From positions 434,001 through 498,000 of the forward strand of contig JAQGDQ010002367.1 in the NCBI GenBank assembly GCA_030141605.1: DNA of 64,000 nucleotides, written 5' to 3'. Position numbers and translations under genes: made by a program. Under the pieces are notes generated by a model. It ran no database searches, was not told the DNA's origin, and saw only the letters and a program-made list of their open reading frames with translations. The DNA comes from Tubiluchus corallicola. Lineage: Eukaryota; Animalia; Priapulida. Position 1 is the stretch's first letter, and every line of letters begins with the position of its first letter. This document shows, one piece after another, positions 62,530 to 64,000 of this stretch.

Positions 62530-63919
62530 GCCTATTAGATAAGTTATTCCACTATGGCATTAGAGGGGTCGCATACTCATGGTTTGTTAATTACCTCAAG
62601 GACCGAACTCAAGCAGTCAGATGTAACAATGTTCTTTCTAACGAAGTAATAGTCACACACGGAGTACCCCAGGGATCGATTTTGGGACCTCTGTTGTTTT
62701 CAATATACATTAATGACTTACAAAACTGTATTACTGACAATGGCAATGTCTTCCAATTTGCTGATGACACAAGTGTTTTTTCAAGATCAACAGCAAGTTA
62801 CTTGACATTAACATTATTAATAGTGAACTCAGTAAAATTACAGCCTGGTTTAAAATCAATAAATTAGCACTAAACTCACCTAAAACTAAATACATTTTAT
62901 TCAGAGCTCGTAACAAACCCATAAATATGAACAGTATTATAAAAATTGGTGGTAATGCTGTAGAACAAGTAAGCGAAATGAAGTTCCTAGGTGTTATGTT
63001 AAATGAACACCTAGATTGGAAACCACACTTAAACATGATTCATTCTAAAATTGCTAAAACATCGGGTTAATCAGTCGAGTTAAACATTGTTTTACAAAAT
63101 AACACCTAATCACTCTTTATAATTGTCTAGTACTGCCATACTTGACCTACTGTAATATACTTTGGGGGCACATCTACCTTTCAACTCTAGTTAAAATAAA
63201 CTCTCTACAACGTAAATTTATAAGATTGATAGCTAATTTGAACAAGCGTGAACATGTAGGTCTTAATCTTTTTAAGAATTATTCTATCCTAGTGCTAAAT
63301 GATCTAATAAACCTGAATACCGCTGTGTACATCTACAAAACTAAACATAAACTTCACCCCGCTTTCTTTTTAAACCCATTATCTATTAACGTAAGACATT
63401 ACTCAACAAGATTTAACGAATTTCGTATTAAGTATTGCAGGACTGACGCGGCAAGGCACTTCATCACTAACACTGGCCCTAGACTTTGGAATAACAGCAA
63501 CGAATACATAAAAAATTCTCTATCTATAAATAACTTCAAAAGAAATTTTAAAAGTGAAATCTTTTCTAATTATACAGAATAAATCAATTTGATTAATTAT
63601 GCTGCTGTCCCTCTCAGAATCCATTGTGTTGCTGGCTATGTCAATTTTTACATTTCTATAGTTTATGTTACCTCATACAGATACCAACACATCTTTCTGT
63701 TCTCTATTAACCTTTCTTTCTACTCCTTTACTGCTCTTTTCTCTTACACTCAGTCCACATTCATTCGGGGTACTCTAAACAAGTAATTACTTCTTGAGTA
63801 CCCCACGGGTCATTTGCGGCTTGGCATCTTGTGCACATAATAATAAATATAATATTAAATACTTTTATGTACAATGCTGTAATGATCATTGTGGATATAT
63901 GTAATAAATAAATAAATAA
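62530..63919 (+). mobile_element. 5'-truncated L2/Crack/CR1-group LINE with 3' UTR and (TAAA)n tail
   Basis: LLDKLFHYGIRG, GVPQGSILGPLLFSIYINDL, FADDT, KFLGV, LPYLTYCNILWG, TGPRLWN. 3' UTR hairpin ggggtactc...gagtacccc (about 63767-63803). Tail aataaataaataaataa at 63903-63919. Confidence 0.9.
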
Positions 63920-64000
63920 GGTTCTTACAGTTAAAAGTGTCTGTGGGCTAAAGATGTGGCTGGTTTTGAGTCTAAAGAAAAGGGAGTTCTGCTTCTGCGC

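Overview
AT-rich, intron-rich animal (invertebrate-like) genomic DNA. The + strand carries a large SMG6/EST1A gene (26 exons I can splice in frame, 1354-26089, start upstream or not found) with two EJC-binding motifs, a 14-3-3-like/TPR domain and an intact PIN nuclease domain. It is followed by a divergent pair of genes with intron-free coding regions, WDR45/WIPI4 (- strand) and VPS41 (+ strand), separated by about 9.6 kb of mostly transposon debris. Next come a multi-exon pancreatic-lipase-family gene (46702-55589) and a decayed LRR-protein sequence near 60-61 kb. Repeats include several decayed non-LTR retrotransposons (CR1/L2-like, RTE-like), a hAT-type MITE with an 8-bp TSD, tandem MITEs, a tRNA-derived SINE, foldbacks and minisatellites. 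The most unusual item is a near full-length decayed CR1/L2-like LINE (about 34282-38310, -) in which the end of ORF1 runs in frame into a type I KH RNA-binding domain ahead of the APE-RT. All calls come from manual reading and remembered family motifs; no searches were run.
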